Part shown: positions 17,210-26,340 of the stretch, one piece after another
Layout of the letters: each line of letters begins with the position of its first letter
How positions within the stretch are numbered: position 1 is the first letter of the stretch
Origin: Dehalococcoidia bacterium
Lineage (GTDB): Bacteria; Chloroflexota; Dehalococcoidia; Lucifugimonadales; UBA3495
Reading direction: 5' to 3'
Assembly (NCBI GenBank): GCA_965204805.1
Contig: OZ242013.1
Span: forward strand, 3,059,598 to 3,123,597
DNA: 64,000 bases
The notes under the pieces: generated by a model
What the model was told of the DNA's origin: nothing
Databases searched by the model: none
Seen by the model: the letters and a program-made list of their open reading frames with translations, nothing else
Made by a program: the position numbers and the translations under genes

Positions 17210-17851
17210 TCAGATGAGCAGGTTGTAGCCGATGGGCAGGGCGGTTCTGCCGGTGAGGGTGTTGGCGAGGTCGGGGCCGCGGCCCTCGGCGACAGCTACG
17301 CCGGTCAGCACCTGGAGGGCGACCTGCGTTCCGCTGGCGGGGGGCGTCGCCTCCACGCCCAAAGCGCGGGCGAAGTCGCCGCCGTGGATGACCAGCTCCA
17401 TGGTGCGTAGCTGGAGGTAGTCCACCAGGCGCATACCGCCCTGGGGGGTGGCGAGAATGAAGTCGTCATCCAGCTCGTTGACCCGCTCGCGGGCCATGTT
17501 CAGGAAGCCGCGCACCATCATCTGCGGGTTGTCCATGATTTCCAGTCCGGCGGAGCGGCCCATCTCGGCCACCCGGTCGGGGTCCATGTTCTGACGGACG
17601 TTGACAATCCATTGAGTCGTGGACTCGACGTCCACCTGGGGCGCGGGCTTTTCTGAGTAGCCGACGACGGTGTTGATGGAGCGGTAGGTGTGGCCCGCCA
17701 GGTCGCGCAGCGTCCACTGGCCGAGGGCATGGTCCTCCCAGGCGTCAATGTCAACGCCATCCACCAGCTTGGCGAAGAACTCGGCGGATTCCAAGTAGGC
17801 TTCTCTTATCTTGTCGCCGAAGGGAGTTCTGGTGCTCACTTCTTCCTCCAT
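17210..17851 (-). CDS. DinB-superfamily / MDMPI_N (TIGR03083-like) protein
   Basis: 213 aa. GQWTLRDLAGHTYRSI motif in the N-terminal helical bundle. Confidence 0.6.
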   Translation of the reverse strand: MEEEVSTRTPFGDKIREAYLESAEFFAKLVDGVDIDAWEDHALGQWTLRDLAGHTYRSINTVVGYSEKPAPQVDVESTTQWIVNVRQNMDPDRVAEMGRSAGLEIMDNPQMMVRGFLNMARERVNELDDDFILATPQGGMRLVDYLQLRTMELVIHGGDFARALGVEATPPASGTQVALQVLTGVAVAEGRGPDLANTLTGRTALPIGYNLLI

Positions 17852-17862
17852 GCTGATGGCGA

Positions 17863-18915
17863 TTAAGGTTCGCCCACCAGGTTTTCGACTTCCAGGGACT
17901 TCATCAGCCCGCTAATCTGTTCCCAGGTGTCGTCCTCGACGAAGATACCTTCCTTCCGGCGGCGCTGTTCGGTGCGGTGCTCGATTTCGCCGGGGTAGAG
18001 CACCTCGGTGAAGCCGGCGGCGGGCGGGGAGTCCTTGATGAACTCGACGAACTCGCCCATGTCCTTCTTGAACTCGTCCAGCGGGCGGAAGTGCTCCAGG
18101 TTGAAGGCGGCGATGAAGCAGCCGTCGTTGTGGCGTCCCTCCGGGTCTATGCCGAAGCCGAGGCCGGTGAGCAGGCCGGAGAAGACCTCCACCATAAAGG
18201 AAAGGGCGTAGCCTTTGTGGCCCTGGTCAACGCCGACGGGCAGGATTGCGCCGCCGGAGAAGTAGTCGTTGGGGTCGGTGGTGGGATTGCCGTCGCGGTC
18301 TACAATCCAGCCGAGAGGGATGGACTCGCGGCGGTTGCGGGACAGGGCAATCTTGCCGAGGGCTACTGTGCTGGAGGCCATGTCCATCAGCACCGGGCCT
18401 TCGAGGTCGCTGGGCATACCGATGCAGATGGGGTTGGTGCCCAGCTTGCGGGCCCGTCCGCCGAAGGGGGCGACGTGCTTGGGGGCCGCGCCGGAGTCGG
18501 CGGTAATCAGGCCGATCATGCCCTCGGCGGCGGCCATCGTCGGGTAGTCGCCCAGCCGCCCGATGTGGCTCTGGCTGTGGACGGTGATGGCGGCGACGCC
18601 GTGGGTGCGGGCCTTGTCTATGGCCATGCGCATAGCCCGCTCGGTGACCACGAATCCGAAGCCCCAGTTGCCGTTGATGACGGCGGTGCAGGGGGCCTCG
18701 CGCTCCACCGTGAAGGGCGCGCCGGGGACGATGTGGCCGACATCTATGCGCTCGGCATAGGTGGGAATCTGGATGACGCCGTGGGAGTCGTGGCCGCAAA
18801 GGTTGGCCTTGACCAGGTGCTTGGCCACCGTTTCGGCCTCGGCGTCGGGCGTGCCCTTGGCGCGATATACGTGATAGGCCACTTTCTCCAAATACTCAGC
18901 GGAAAAGACGGGCAT
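17863..18915 (-). CDS. Ldh_2 family (malate/L-lactate/ureidoglycolate dehydrogenase type 2) oxidoreductase
   Basis: 350 aa. LCGHDSHGVIQIPTY, NWGFGFV and HIGRLGDY motifs. Confidence 0.85.
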   Translation of the reverse strand: MPVFSAEYLEKVAYHVYRAKGTPDAEAETVAKHLVKANLCGHDSHGVIQIPTYAERIDVGHIVPGAPFTVEREAPCTAVINGNWGFGFVVTERAMRMAIDKARTHGVAAITVHSQSHIGRLGDYPTMAAAEGMIGLITADSGAAPKHVAPFGGRARKLGTNPICIGMPSDLEGPVLMDMASSTVALGKIALSRNRRESIPLGWIVDRDGNPTTDPNDYFSGGAILPVGVDQGHKGYALSFMVEVFSGLLTGLGFGIDPEGRHNDGCFIAAFNLEHFRPLDEFKKDMGEFVEFIKDSPPAAGFTEVLYPGEIEHRTEQRRRKEGIFVEDDTWEQISGLMKSLEVENLVGEP

Positions 18916-19022
18916 GGCAGGACCTCTGGCGGTGCGGTTGTGTCGGTCAGGGGAAATCGCCCTAAGTCTAGCCTTGCCCCCGGCTATTGTCCAGAATGGG
19001 CGTCAGTTTCAGTTCGGCACAA

Positions 19023-19120
19023 CCGTCATTCCTGCGAAGGCAGGAATCCAGAGCTTCTTTGCCAATGTTGTCCTGGGGGGAACAAAGTCCACTGGATTCC
19101 TGCCTTCGCCGGAATGACGG
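19023..19120. repeat. REP-B composite (two inverted REP-B units about 45 nt apart; MITE-like)
   Basis: ccgtcattcctgcgaaggcaggaatcc ... ggattcctgccttcgccggaatgacgg, upstream of the tRNA pair. Confidence 0.75.
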
Positions 19121-19210
19121 GTTTGTCAGCCTCAAAATCGTAAACCGCCATTGCCCTGGCGCTGGGCTGTTGTTGGGGGCGGGGGCGCGTGCTATCATTT
19201 ATTACAGAGT

Positions 19211-19285
19211 GCCCCTGTAGCTCAGCGGATAGAGTGCCGGCCTCCGGAGCCGGAGACGAGAGTTCGATCCTCTCCGGGGGTACCA
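19211..19285 (+). tRNA. tRNA-Arg (anticodon CCG), CCA encoded
   Basis: Folded by hand. Acceptor GCCCCTG/CGGGGGT (two G-U pairs), D arm GCTC/GAGT, anticodon stem CCGGC/GCCGG with loop CTCCGGA, T arm GAGAG-TTCGATC-CTCTC, then ACCA. Confidence 0.85.
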
Positions 19286-19327
19286 CCGCAACCCTTTCCT
19301 CTCCAAACTTTCCCCTCGCGTTTTATC

Positions 19328-19402
19328 CGGGGCGTGGCCCAGCGGCAGGGCGCCTGGTTTGGGACCAGGAGGTCGGCAGTTCAAATCTGCCCGCCCCGAC
19401 CA
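19328..19402 (+). tRNA. tRNA-Pro (anticodon TGG), CCA encoded
   Basis: Acceptor CGGGGCG/CGCCCCG, D arm GCCC/GGGC, anticodon stem CCTGG/CCAGG with loop TTTGGGA, T arm GGCAG-TTCAAAT-CTGCC, then ACCA. Confidence 0.9.
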
Positions 19403-19429
19403 TTCCTTGCTTCTCAGTCAACTACTTCA

Positions 19430-20308
19430 CTATTGGCCGGGTCTGCGCCGGAAGTCGAGGATGTACTCGAAGGTGGTTCCCATCGTGATGTAGTTGCTGG
19501 GCCAGCCGAATATGCCTATCTTGTTCACTATGTTGGTGCGATCCCAGATTATGGTGTTACGGAACTCGTAGCCGACACTGCGCAGAGCCTCGATCACCGA
19601 CAGGTGTATCGTTACCCGCTCGTTTTCCCACCACATATCCGGGACGTTGACGACGCAGTGTCCACCGGGACGCAGCAGCGGCAGCAGCGCGGCGTAGATA
19701 TCTGCCATTGCATGGGAGTATTCCTCTAGCGGCATCGTGCCAAGATCGCGGGCGTCCTGCGAATACTGCTCGACCTCGCCCAACTGTCCGTTCTTCCTTT
19801 CACGGCGGGACTTGTTCCTGCGCTGGCGGTTCAGCAGGTTGGCGTAGGGGGGCGAGGTTAGAATCAGCCCAACAGAGTCCGGGACTAGGTAATAAGGAAC
19901 AGCTCTGGCGTCGTCCTGCACCGCCACCCGCGCAGAATCCCCAGACTCGCCCAGCCTTTCGGCGGCCAGCCGGACGTAGCTCTCCTGCAAGTCGAAGCCG
20001 ATGGCATTGCGGTTGGCGTCCTGCGCCGCCACCAGGGTAGTGCCACTGCCGACGAAAGGGTCCAGCGCCAGTTCGCCCTCGTGGGTGAACAGTTCTATCA
20101 CCCGCCGGGCCAGAGAGATGGGAAACGTCGCCGGATGCGTCTTCTTGTCCCGCACATCGCGGCGCTCATAGTTGAACCGCCACACTCCCAACTGGCTCTT
20201 TATCCAATCTTTGGCGGTCAGGCAATTGAGATGGCCGAGCTTGCACTGGCAGGCCCTTTCGCCGGATAAGGGAAGAAGGGCGCGGTGAAGGTCATCACCC
20301 TCAAGCAC
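19430..20308 (-). CDS. DNA methyltransferase (N4-cytosine/N6-adenine type), motif I before motif IV
   Basis: 292 aa, GTG start. THPATFPISLARRVIELFT...LDPFVGSGTT (AdoMet motif) lies about 75 aa upstream of LILTSPPYANLL (catalytic motif). No adjacent nuclease gene. Confidence 0.8.
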   Translation of the reverse strand: MLEGDDLHRALLPLSGERACQCKLGHLNCLTAKDWIKSQLGVWRFNYERRDVRDKKTHPATFPISLARRVIELFTHEGELALDPFVGSGTTLVAAQDANRNAIGFDLQESYVRLAAERLGESGDSARVAVQDDARAVPYYLVPDSVGLILTSPPYANLLNRQRRNKSRRERKNGQLGEVEQYSQDARDLGTMPLEEYSHAMADIYAALLPLLRPGGHCVVNVPDMWWENERVTIHLSVIEALRSVGYEFRNTIIWDRTNIVNKIGIFGWPSNYITMGTTFEYILDFRRRPGQ

Positions 20309-20460
20309 CAGTCGTGGAAGGGCTGGCTGGACAGAGCCGGATATGTTGCTGATGGCGGTTTCCAGGGCCGTTCTCCTTGGTATGGATTTGCCGCAAACCT
20401 TACCGGGCGTTATGTTTGGCAGTCAACGGGCAAGTGTCAGTGCAGCCGCATGATTTCGTC

Positions 20461-20471
20461 TATAATGGCGG
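20461..20471 (+). promoter_or_regulatory. -10 candidate TATAATGGCGG
   Basis: Identical 11-mer recurs at 27429 and 35221, each 34-64 nt upstream of a plus-strand start codon. Confidence 0.35.
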
Positions 20472-20499
20472 GCGACAGAAAGAAACCGGAGGCATTGAA

Positions 20500-21252
20500 A
20501 TGCGGCTGGAAGGAAAGGTTGCCATCATCAGCGGCGGCGCTCGCGGCATGGGAGCCGAGGAAGCGCGCCTGTTCGCCCGGGAGGGCGCAAAGGTGGTCAT
20601 CGGCGACGTGCTGGAGGACGACGGGCGGCAGGTGGAGGCGGAGGTCACCGAGGCCGGCGGGGAGTGCGTTTTCGTGCGGCTGGACGTGACCAGCGAGGAC
20701 TCATGGGCCGACGCGGTGGCTACGGCGGTGTCGCGCTTCGGCAAGCTGGACATCGTGGTGAACAACGCCGGTGTGGTGGCCCGGGGCGTGCTGGAGGACA
20801 CCAGCGTCGAGGAATGGGACCGGGTGATGGACGTGAACGCCAAGGGCGTCTTTCTCGGCACCAAGTCCGCGATACCGGAAATGCGGAAGGCCGGAGGCGG
20901 CTCCATCATCAACATCTCTTCGATGTCGGGGATGGTGGGCCAGAGCTACATCCAGCCGGTGTACAACGCATCCAAGGGCGCGGTGCGCATCTTCACCAAG
21001 TCGGCAGCCATCCAGTACGCCAGCGAGAACATACGGGTGAACTCGGTGCATCCCGGCCCCATAGATACGCCCATGGCCGGGGAGCGGCTGAACAACCCGG
21101 AGTTGCAACGGGAGGCCGACGAGCGTTCTCCGCTGGGCCGCACGGCGCACCCCATTGAGGTGGCCTACGGGGTGCTGTACCTGGCGTCGGACGAATCGTC
21201 CTTTGTGACCGGAGCGGAGCTGGTGATTGACGGCGGGGCGACGGCGCAGTAG
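20500..21252 (+). CDS. SDR-family oxidoreductase
   Basis: ATG at 20500. MRLEGKVAIISGGARGMGAE (TGxxxGxG), NNAG, and the catalytic Y in YNASKGAV. Confidence 0.85.
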   Translation: MRLEGKVAIISGGARGMGAEEARLFAREGAKVVIGDVLEDDGRQVEAEVTEAGGECVFVRLDVTSEDSWADAVATAVSRFGKLDIVVNNAGVVARGVLEDTSVEEWDRVMDVNAKGVFLGTKSAIPEMRKAGGGSIINISSMSGMVGQSYIQPVYNASKGAVRIFTKSAAIQYASENIRVNSVHPGPIDTPMAGERLNNPELQREADERSPLGRTAHPIEVAYGVLYLASDESSFVTGAELVIDGGATAQ

Positions 21253-21269
21253 GGCGGTGGGAGACCCCG

Positions 21270-21603
21270 TCAGCCAAGCTCGATGATGCCACGGGCGGGG
21301 TCTTGCTCGAAGGCCATAATTTCGTCGTAGTTGTCCCGAAGCAGGGCTTGGACCACCGTATTCGAAGTATTGCCAGTACGAATCCAGATGACTTTGGGGG
21401 GGTGGCCTCTCTCCCTGTTCAAGCGGCGATAATCAGAGTCCTTGGTGACTATGACGAAGCCGTATTCTCTGGCATAAGACCAGATATTTGTATCCTTAGT
21501 CTCGGCGCGGCAACACCTCACTGATGTGCAGCGAACCTGGAAATTGATCCTGCAATCGTACGCTGAGCTTATCTGACAGATTCTGGTCGACCAGAAATTT
21601 CAT
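21270..21603 (-). pseudogene. DUF5615-family PIN-like toxin gene with one frame shift
   Basis: ATG at 21603 overlaps the upstream stop (ATGA). MKFLVDQNLSDKLSVRLQDQFPGSLHISEV then stops; the next frame continues AETKDTNIWSYAREYGFVIVTKDSDY...VIWIRTG. Shift is near 21500-21525. Confidence 0.65.
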
Positions 21604-22145
21604 TCAGAGACACTGCTCCAGGGCTCGTCAACTACTTCACTCGCCTCTCTTGTCCATTCAACCCCGTGAAGGGGCACCAGCGCGAAGCGGCGCTTTCGGT
21701 CGGCGACGAAGGCAATGCTGGCAAGGATGTCTTCAATGGTGAGATACGGGAAGTCGTCCAGTATCTCTTCATAGGCCATGCCGCCGGCCAGGTACTCCAG
21801 GATGTCGTAGACGGTCATGCGGATACCCCGGATGCAGGGCTGGCCGCTGCGCTTGCCCGGCTCGATGGTGATGATGTGGGAGTAGTCGTTGACCGCCGGC
21901 ATATCCGGCGGCGCTGTCACGCCGCGGCGCTCCCGGGCAGCGGCGAAGGCCAGGCAGGCTTTGATGTCTTCCCTGGTCAAATCCGGGAAGTGATTCAAGA
22001 CCTCTTCCTCGGACATGCCGCCAGCGAGATACGCGAGAACATCCCCCACGGTCACCGGTAGATCGCGGATGCAATGCTTTCCGTATCGCTTGCCGGGTTC
22101 GACGGTGATGATGTCGGTGAAGTCAATTGGGGAGTTGTCGGCCAT
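21600..22145 (-). CDS. tandem DUF433 protein (putative antitoxin, duplicated domain)
   Basis: ATG at 22145 lies 9 nt after AAGGAGG. Two modules: ITVEPGKRYGKHCIRDLPVTVGDVLAYLAGGMSEEEVLNHFPDLTREDI and ITIEPGKRSGQPCIRGIRMTVYDILEYLAGGMAYEEILDDFPYLTIEDI. Confidence 0.7.
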   Translation of the reverse strand: MADNSPIDFTDIITVEPGKRYGKHCIRDLPVTVGDVLAYLAGGMSEEEVLNHFPDLTREDIKACLAFAAARERRGVTAPPDMPAVNDYSHIITIEPGKRSGQPCIRGIRMTVYDILEYLAGGMAYEEILDDFPYLTIEDILASIAFVADRKRRFALVPLHGVEWTREASEVVDEPWSSVSE

Positions 22146-22236
22146 CGCTGGCATCCTCCTTGGGCGCGATGGTTTCATTTTAACATTGCTACGCCGGGCA
22201 AACGGCCCCGGCGCATTTCCCCGGAAGGAGCGAGTC

Positions 22237-23085
22237 ATGCAGGAACGGCCCCTTGACGGCAAGATTGCGATAGTTACCGGCGCGGCCAGCCCCATGGGGC
22301 TGGGGAGGAACATGACCGAGGCCCTGGTGCGCGCCGGGGCGCGGGTGTCCATGATGGACGTGAACCCGGAGTGGCTGGGGCGGTCGTCCAACGACCTGCG
22401 GGAAATCGGCGGGGACGACTGCGTGATGACGCAGGTGGTGGACGTGACGTCGGTGCAAGAGGCGGAGGAAGCGGTGACCCGCACTATCTCCGAGATGGGC
22501 GGACTGCACATCCTGGTGAACAACGCTGGCATCGCGCCGCGCAATATGTTGCTGGGCGGCGACGCCCGCAACAACTTCTGGGAGGTGTCCGCCGCCGAGT
22601 GGGACCGGGTGATGGCGGTGAACGCCGGCGGGCCGTTCTACATGACGCGGGCCGTTGTTCCCCACTTCCTGGCGCAGGGGTGGGGGCGCATCATCGGCGT
22701 CACCACCAGCCTGAACACGATGTACAACCCCGGCGGCACGCCCTACGGCCCGTCGAAAGCGGCCCACGAAGCGTTCATCGCCATGGCGTCGCGGGAGCTG
22801 GAGGGCACAGGCGTCACGGTCAACGTGCTGGTGCCGGGCGGGATGTCCAACACCAACCTGATTCCCGACGATGCCGCGCACCGCCGCGAGAGCATGATCC
22901 AGCCCGACGTGATGCGCGCCCCGGTGGTGTGGCTGGCCTCCGACGCCTCCGGCGGCGTAAACGGCCAGCGCTTCATCGGCTACTACTGGGACGAGTCGCT
23001 GCCGCTGGAGGAGCGCATCCAGCGGGCGGGCGCCCCGGCGGCGTGGCCGCAGCTGGGCGCGCAGGCGGTGCGGCCGGGTGAATGA
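22237..23085 (+). CDS. SDR-family oxidoreductase
   Basis: ATG at 22237 after GGAAGGAG. GKIAIVTGAASPMGLG, NNAG and YGPSKAA motifs. Confidence 0.8.
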   Translation: MQERPLDGKIAIVTGAASPMGLGRNMTEALVRAGARVSMMDVNPEWLGRSSNDLREIGGDDCVMTQVVDVTSVQEAEEAVTRTISEMGGLHILVNNAGIAPRNMLLGGDARNNFWEVSAAEWDRVMAVNAGGPFYMTRAVVPHFLAQGWGRIIGVTTSLNTMYNPGGTPYGPSKAAHEAFIAMASRELEGTGVTVNVLVPGGMSNTNLIPDDAAHRRESMIQPDVMRAPVVWLASDASGGVNGQRFIGYYWDESLPLEERIQRAGAPAAWPQLGAQAVRPGE

Positions 23086-23203
23086 GGACCGTCGGCCTCC
23101 CCATCCGTCGAATCTGAGAATCCTGCCGCTTTTCCCCTCTCTTCAAGCTGGAAGAGGAGGAATTCCTGCGTGCCTGCCAAGCGGATTTTCCAGTCGTCAA
23201 TCG

Positions 23204-23232
23204 TTGACAGCCTCTATACCCGGTGCTAATAT
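23204..23232 (+). promoter_or_regulatory. sigma70-like promoter candidate for the ABC transporter operon
   Basis: TTGACA-17 nt-TAATAT. Leaves a leader of roughly 165 nt before the GTG at 23400. Confidence 0.5.
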
Positions 23233-23399
23233 CCCGCCAGCTTACGAGGGATAAAGTTTTCAAGTCGAAAAATGCTAATCCTGTGGAAGTAGTTATACAG
23301 ATTTGCCCCTGAATTTTTACGAAATCAGTAATTGATTGCGCAGGGGATTCAGCCCTCCTCAATCGGGCCGCATCTTTCATTAGTCAGGGAGGTTCAGCC

Positions 23400-25256
23400 G
23401 TGGGGTTCAGAAGACTCGGGTATGTCAAGGCGATAATTCCGCTCATCCTGGCGCTGGCGTTGGCTGCCATAGTCTCCTGCGGCGGGGCGGCTGAAGAGGA
23501 AGCAGAACCCACTGCAGCGCCCGCGGCCCCGTCGGCTACGACGGCTCCGGCGGCCACTACAGCCCCTGCGGCCACCACAGCTCCGGCGGCAACGGCAGCT
23601 CCGGCGGCTACCGTAGCGCCCGCCGCGACGGCAGCGCCCGCGGCCACCGCTGTGCCGCAACCGGCGGCTACCACCGCACCCGCGCCTGCCGCATCGCACA
23701 CGCCCACCGGCGAGTTGCGGGTGGCGATGGCTACCTTCGGCAACGAGCGGTGGCTTGTCGGCGCATCGGCTGGCGCGGAGGACACTGCCTTCCACTCCAT
23801 CCTTGAGAACCTGCTTACCCGCGATCCGAATACCGGGGACAATATCGGCGAACTGGCGGAGTCGTGGGAGGTACGGGATGGCGGTTTGGTCTGGGAGTTC
23901 CGGCTGCGCGAAGGCCCGCAGTGGCATAACGGAGAAGGCCCGGTGACCTCCTCAGACGTACAGTTCTCCTTCGAACGGTATGCTGCCGAGGACAGCGCCA
24001 ACTCGCGGGCCGGCGTGTTCCGCAAAATTGGCGGCTATGAGACGCCCGACCCGCAGACCATCATTGTCAATTTCAACGAACCGGAAATTCTTTTCGGCGG
24101 CGACCTGAATTCAGGCATCCCCGGAACCCAGTACATCTACCCCAAGGATTACAACGAGCGGGTCGGAGACGAAGTTGCCGACGTGGAACCCATCGCCTCC
24201 GGCCCCTACAAGCTGGTGAACCATGACCGCGGCGTGCGGATGGACTTCGAGGCGGTGCAGGGGCACTGGAAGCTGACCCCGGCCTTCGCCAACATGAGCT
24301 TCCTCAAGACGGTGGAGAATTCCACCCGTGTGGCCCAGCTACGTGCAGGAACTGTGGACATCATTGACATTGGCGTGGACTTCGCCAACGAATTGAAAGC
24401 TGCCAATGTTGAGATCAAGTCCGTGCCGGGATTCGCCACGGTAGGAATCACCCTGGGCGGCCAGTGGGATACCAAGGAAACCTACGATCCGTCGGTGCCG
24501 TGGGCGCAGCCTGACAAGGAGCGCGCCTACAAGGTGCGCAAGGCCTTGGCCCTCGCCATTGACAAGGATACCGTGGTTGACGTGGCGTTGGGCGGCCTGG
24601 GCCGGGCAAATGTTTCCCTGCCCTTCTACTTCCAGGGCGAGCCCTGGACTCTCCCGGAGTTTGAGCCCATCGGATACGATCCGGAAGAGGCAAAGCGGTT
24701 GCTGGCTGAAGCTGGACACGATGGATGCTGGGAGTTCACCATCAACCTGGTGCCGTGGCCTGGCCGCGCCTTCCTTCCAGCCGTAGGCGAAGCTGTGGCA
24801 ACGCAGTGGGAAGCCAACCTGGGCTGCAAGATTACCCGCCGGCCTCTTGACCGGGCGGTGTTCGCCACCGACTTCCGGGAGCGGACCTATCCTGGCGTGG
24901 CCGTACCCTATGCCATGCCCTTTGTGGGGCGGGAACCCTGGCAGTTGCTGCGGCTCAACTCCCACATTGACGGCACGGCAATGCTTGCCTATGAGGACCG
25001 GACATTCAGCGATTACCTGGACCAGTTGGGCGCCACGGCGGACTTCGACGAACGGGTGGTACTGTTACAGGAGATGGGCCGGCACATGTATTCCCAACTG
25101 CCGCGCATTGAAATCGCCGAGGTGTTCGGCCTGTACGGCATAGGCGAGAATGTGAAGACATGGGCCACCGCCCCGGGCAACGGCTTCATTCACAACACCG
25201 CCTATGTCAACCTGAATTGGGCCCCGCCGGGACAGCCGGTGACCCTGGCAGAGTAG
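23400..25256 (+). CDS. ABC transporter substrate-binding lipoprotein (family 5, peptide/nickel type)
   Basis: Lipobox LAAIVSCGG, then an Ala/Pro/Thr linker of about 70 aa (DNA about 23513-23697), then an SBP_bac_5-like body. AGGGAGG SD. Confidence 0.85.
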   Translation: MGFRRLGYVKAIIPLILALALAAIVSCGGAAEEEAEPTAAPAAPSATTAPAATTAPAATTAPAATAAPAATVAPAATAAPAATAVPQPAATTAPAPAASHTPTGELRVAMATFGNERWLVGASAGAEDTAFHSILENLLTRDPNTGDNIGELAESWEVRDGGLVWEFRLREGPQWHNGEGPVTSSDVQFSFERYAAEDSANSRAGVFRKIGGYETPDPQTIIVNFNEPEILFGGDLNSGIPGTQYIYPKDYNERVGDEVADVEPIASGPYKLVNHDRGVRMDFEAVQGHWKLTPAFANMSFLKTVENSTRVAQLRAGTVDIIDIGVDFANELKAANVEIKSVPGFATVGITLGGQWDTKETYDPSVPWAQPDKERAYKVRKALALAIDKDTVVDVALGGLGRANVSLPFYFQGEPWTLPEFEPIGYDPEEAKRLLAEAGHDGCWEFTINLVPWPGRAFLPAVGEAVATQWEANLGCKITRRPLDRAVFATDFRERTYPGVAVPYAMPFVGREPWQLLRLNSHIDGTAMLAYEDRTFSDYLDQLGATADFDERVVLLQEMGRHMYSQLPRIEIAEVFGLYGIGENVKTWATAPGNGFIHNTAYVNLNWAPPGQPVTLAE

Positions 25257-25269
25257 GCTTGGCAGGACA

Positions 25270-25296
25270 GAGGGCGCGGAAGAAACCTGCGCCCTC
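25270..25296 (+). terminator. intercistronic hairpin after the SBP gene (partial terminator / mRNA stabiliser candidate)
   Basis: gagggcgc-ggaagaaacct-gcgccctc followed by gtcaatttg. Confidence 0.4.
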
Positions 25297-25350
25297 GTCA
25301 ATTTGCACCCCATTTGTACCCCATAGGTAGAAGGGAAGAAGGGCGGCGCC

Positions 25351-26268
25351 ATGACCCGTTACATCGCGCTACGGTTCCTTCAGGCCATCATCAGCCTGCT
25401 GGTGGTGATGACCATTGTGTTCATGCTGTCGCGGCTGTCGGGCGACCCGGTGCAGCTCCTGGCCGACATCAGCGCCAGCGAAGAGCAGATGGAGGCCATC
25501 CGCAAAGATCTGGGCTTGGACAAGCCCCTGGCGGTGCAGTGGGGCACCTACGTCCGGGATATGTTCGTATTCGACCTGGGCGAATCGGTGACCAGCCGCC
25601 AGCCGGTGCGGGAGCTAATCTGGCAGCGGCTGCCCAACACCCTGCAACTGGGCTTCGCCGCCATGGCCATCAGCATCATCATCGGACTGCCCATCGGTAT
25701 CTATGCGGCAGTGCATCGAGGTTCACGGTGGGACGGCATAGCCCGGCTGTTCGCCGTGCTGGGTCAGTCCATGCCCTCCTTCTGGCTGGGGGTGCTGCTC
25801 ATCCTCGTCTTCGCCGTCGTCCTGGGCGTGCTGCCGCCGGGGGGCAAGGAAAGCCCCCAGAGCATCATCCTGCCAGCCGTATCCATGGGATACCTCACCA
25901 CCGCGGCGATAATGCGTCTCACCCGCTCCAGTATGCTGGACGTGCTGAACGCCGAATACATCAAGCTGGCCCGCATCAAGGGGCTGAGCGAGACCAAGGT
26001 CATCTGGAAGCACGCGCTGAAGAACTCCCTCATCCCGGTCATCACCTTCTCGGTGGTGCTGTTCACCCTCTTCCTGGGCGCGGCGGTGGTGACCGAAACG
26101 GTGTTCTCCTGGCCCGGCCTGGGCAGCCTGATACTGGACGGCGTACGCACCCGCGACTACCCGCTGATACAGGGCGGCGTGGTGGTGTTCAGCGCCATCT
26201 ACATCCTGGCCAACCTGCTGGTGGACATCCTGTACGGGTATCTTGACCCCAGAATCCGCCTGACCTAG
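25351..26268 (+). CDS. ABC transporter permease (DppB/OppB-like)
   Basis: 305 aa. MTRYIALRFLQAIISLLVV start and EYIKLARIKGLSE EAA-loop motif. Confidence 0.9.
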   Translation: MTRYIALRFLQAIISLLVVMTIVFMLSRLSGDPVQLLADISASEEQMEAIRKDLGLDKPLAVQWGTYVRDMFVFDLGESVTSRQPVRELIWQRLPNTLQLGFAAMAISIIIGLPIGIYAAVHRGSRWDGIARLFAVLGQSMPSFWLGVLLILVFAVVLGVLPPGGKESPQSIILPAVSMGYLTTAAIMRLTRSSMLDVLNAEYIKLARIKGLSETKVIWKHALKNSLIPVITFSVVLFTLFLGAAVVTETVFSWPGLGSLILDGVRTRDYPLIQGGVVVFSAIYILANLLVDILYGYLDPRIRLT

Positions 26269-26276
26269 CGCCCCAA

Positions 26277-26317
26277 TTCCCTCTCCCTTGAGGGGAGAAG
26301 GCCAGGGTGAGGGGGAA
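26277..26317 (-). repeat. REP-A copy between the two permease genes
   Basis: ttccctctcccttgaggggagaaggccagggtgagggggaa. Confidence 0.85.
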
Positions 26318-26340
26318 TAGCCTTGGATTTGGAGTGACTC

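Noticed and set aside
19026-19384. Minus-strand ORFs 19026..19286 and 19202..19384
   Set aside because: They are read through the tRNA-Arg and tRNA-Pro genes and the REP-B composite. The tRNA cloverleaves fold cleanly.
18916-20400. Integrated prophage or island at the tRNA pair
   Set aside because: There is no integrase, no phage genes, and no direct repeat of a tRNA 3' end in the following 1.5 kb. Only a single methyltransferase gene is present.
21600-22574. 324-aa version of the DUF433 gene
   Set aside because: The first 143 codons overlap the divergent SDR gene and its promoter region and have no DUF433 similarity. An ATG at 22145 with a well-spaced AAGGAGG fits the real start.
23513-23697. 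Repetitive GCN-CCN-GCG-GCN-ACN DNA at the start of the SBP gene
   Set aside because: It encodes the Ala/Pro/Thr linker of a lipoprotein, which is low-complexity coding sequence, not an independent repeat element.
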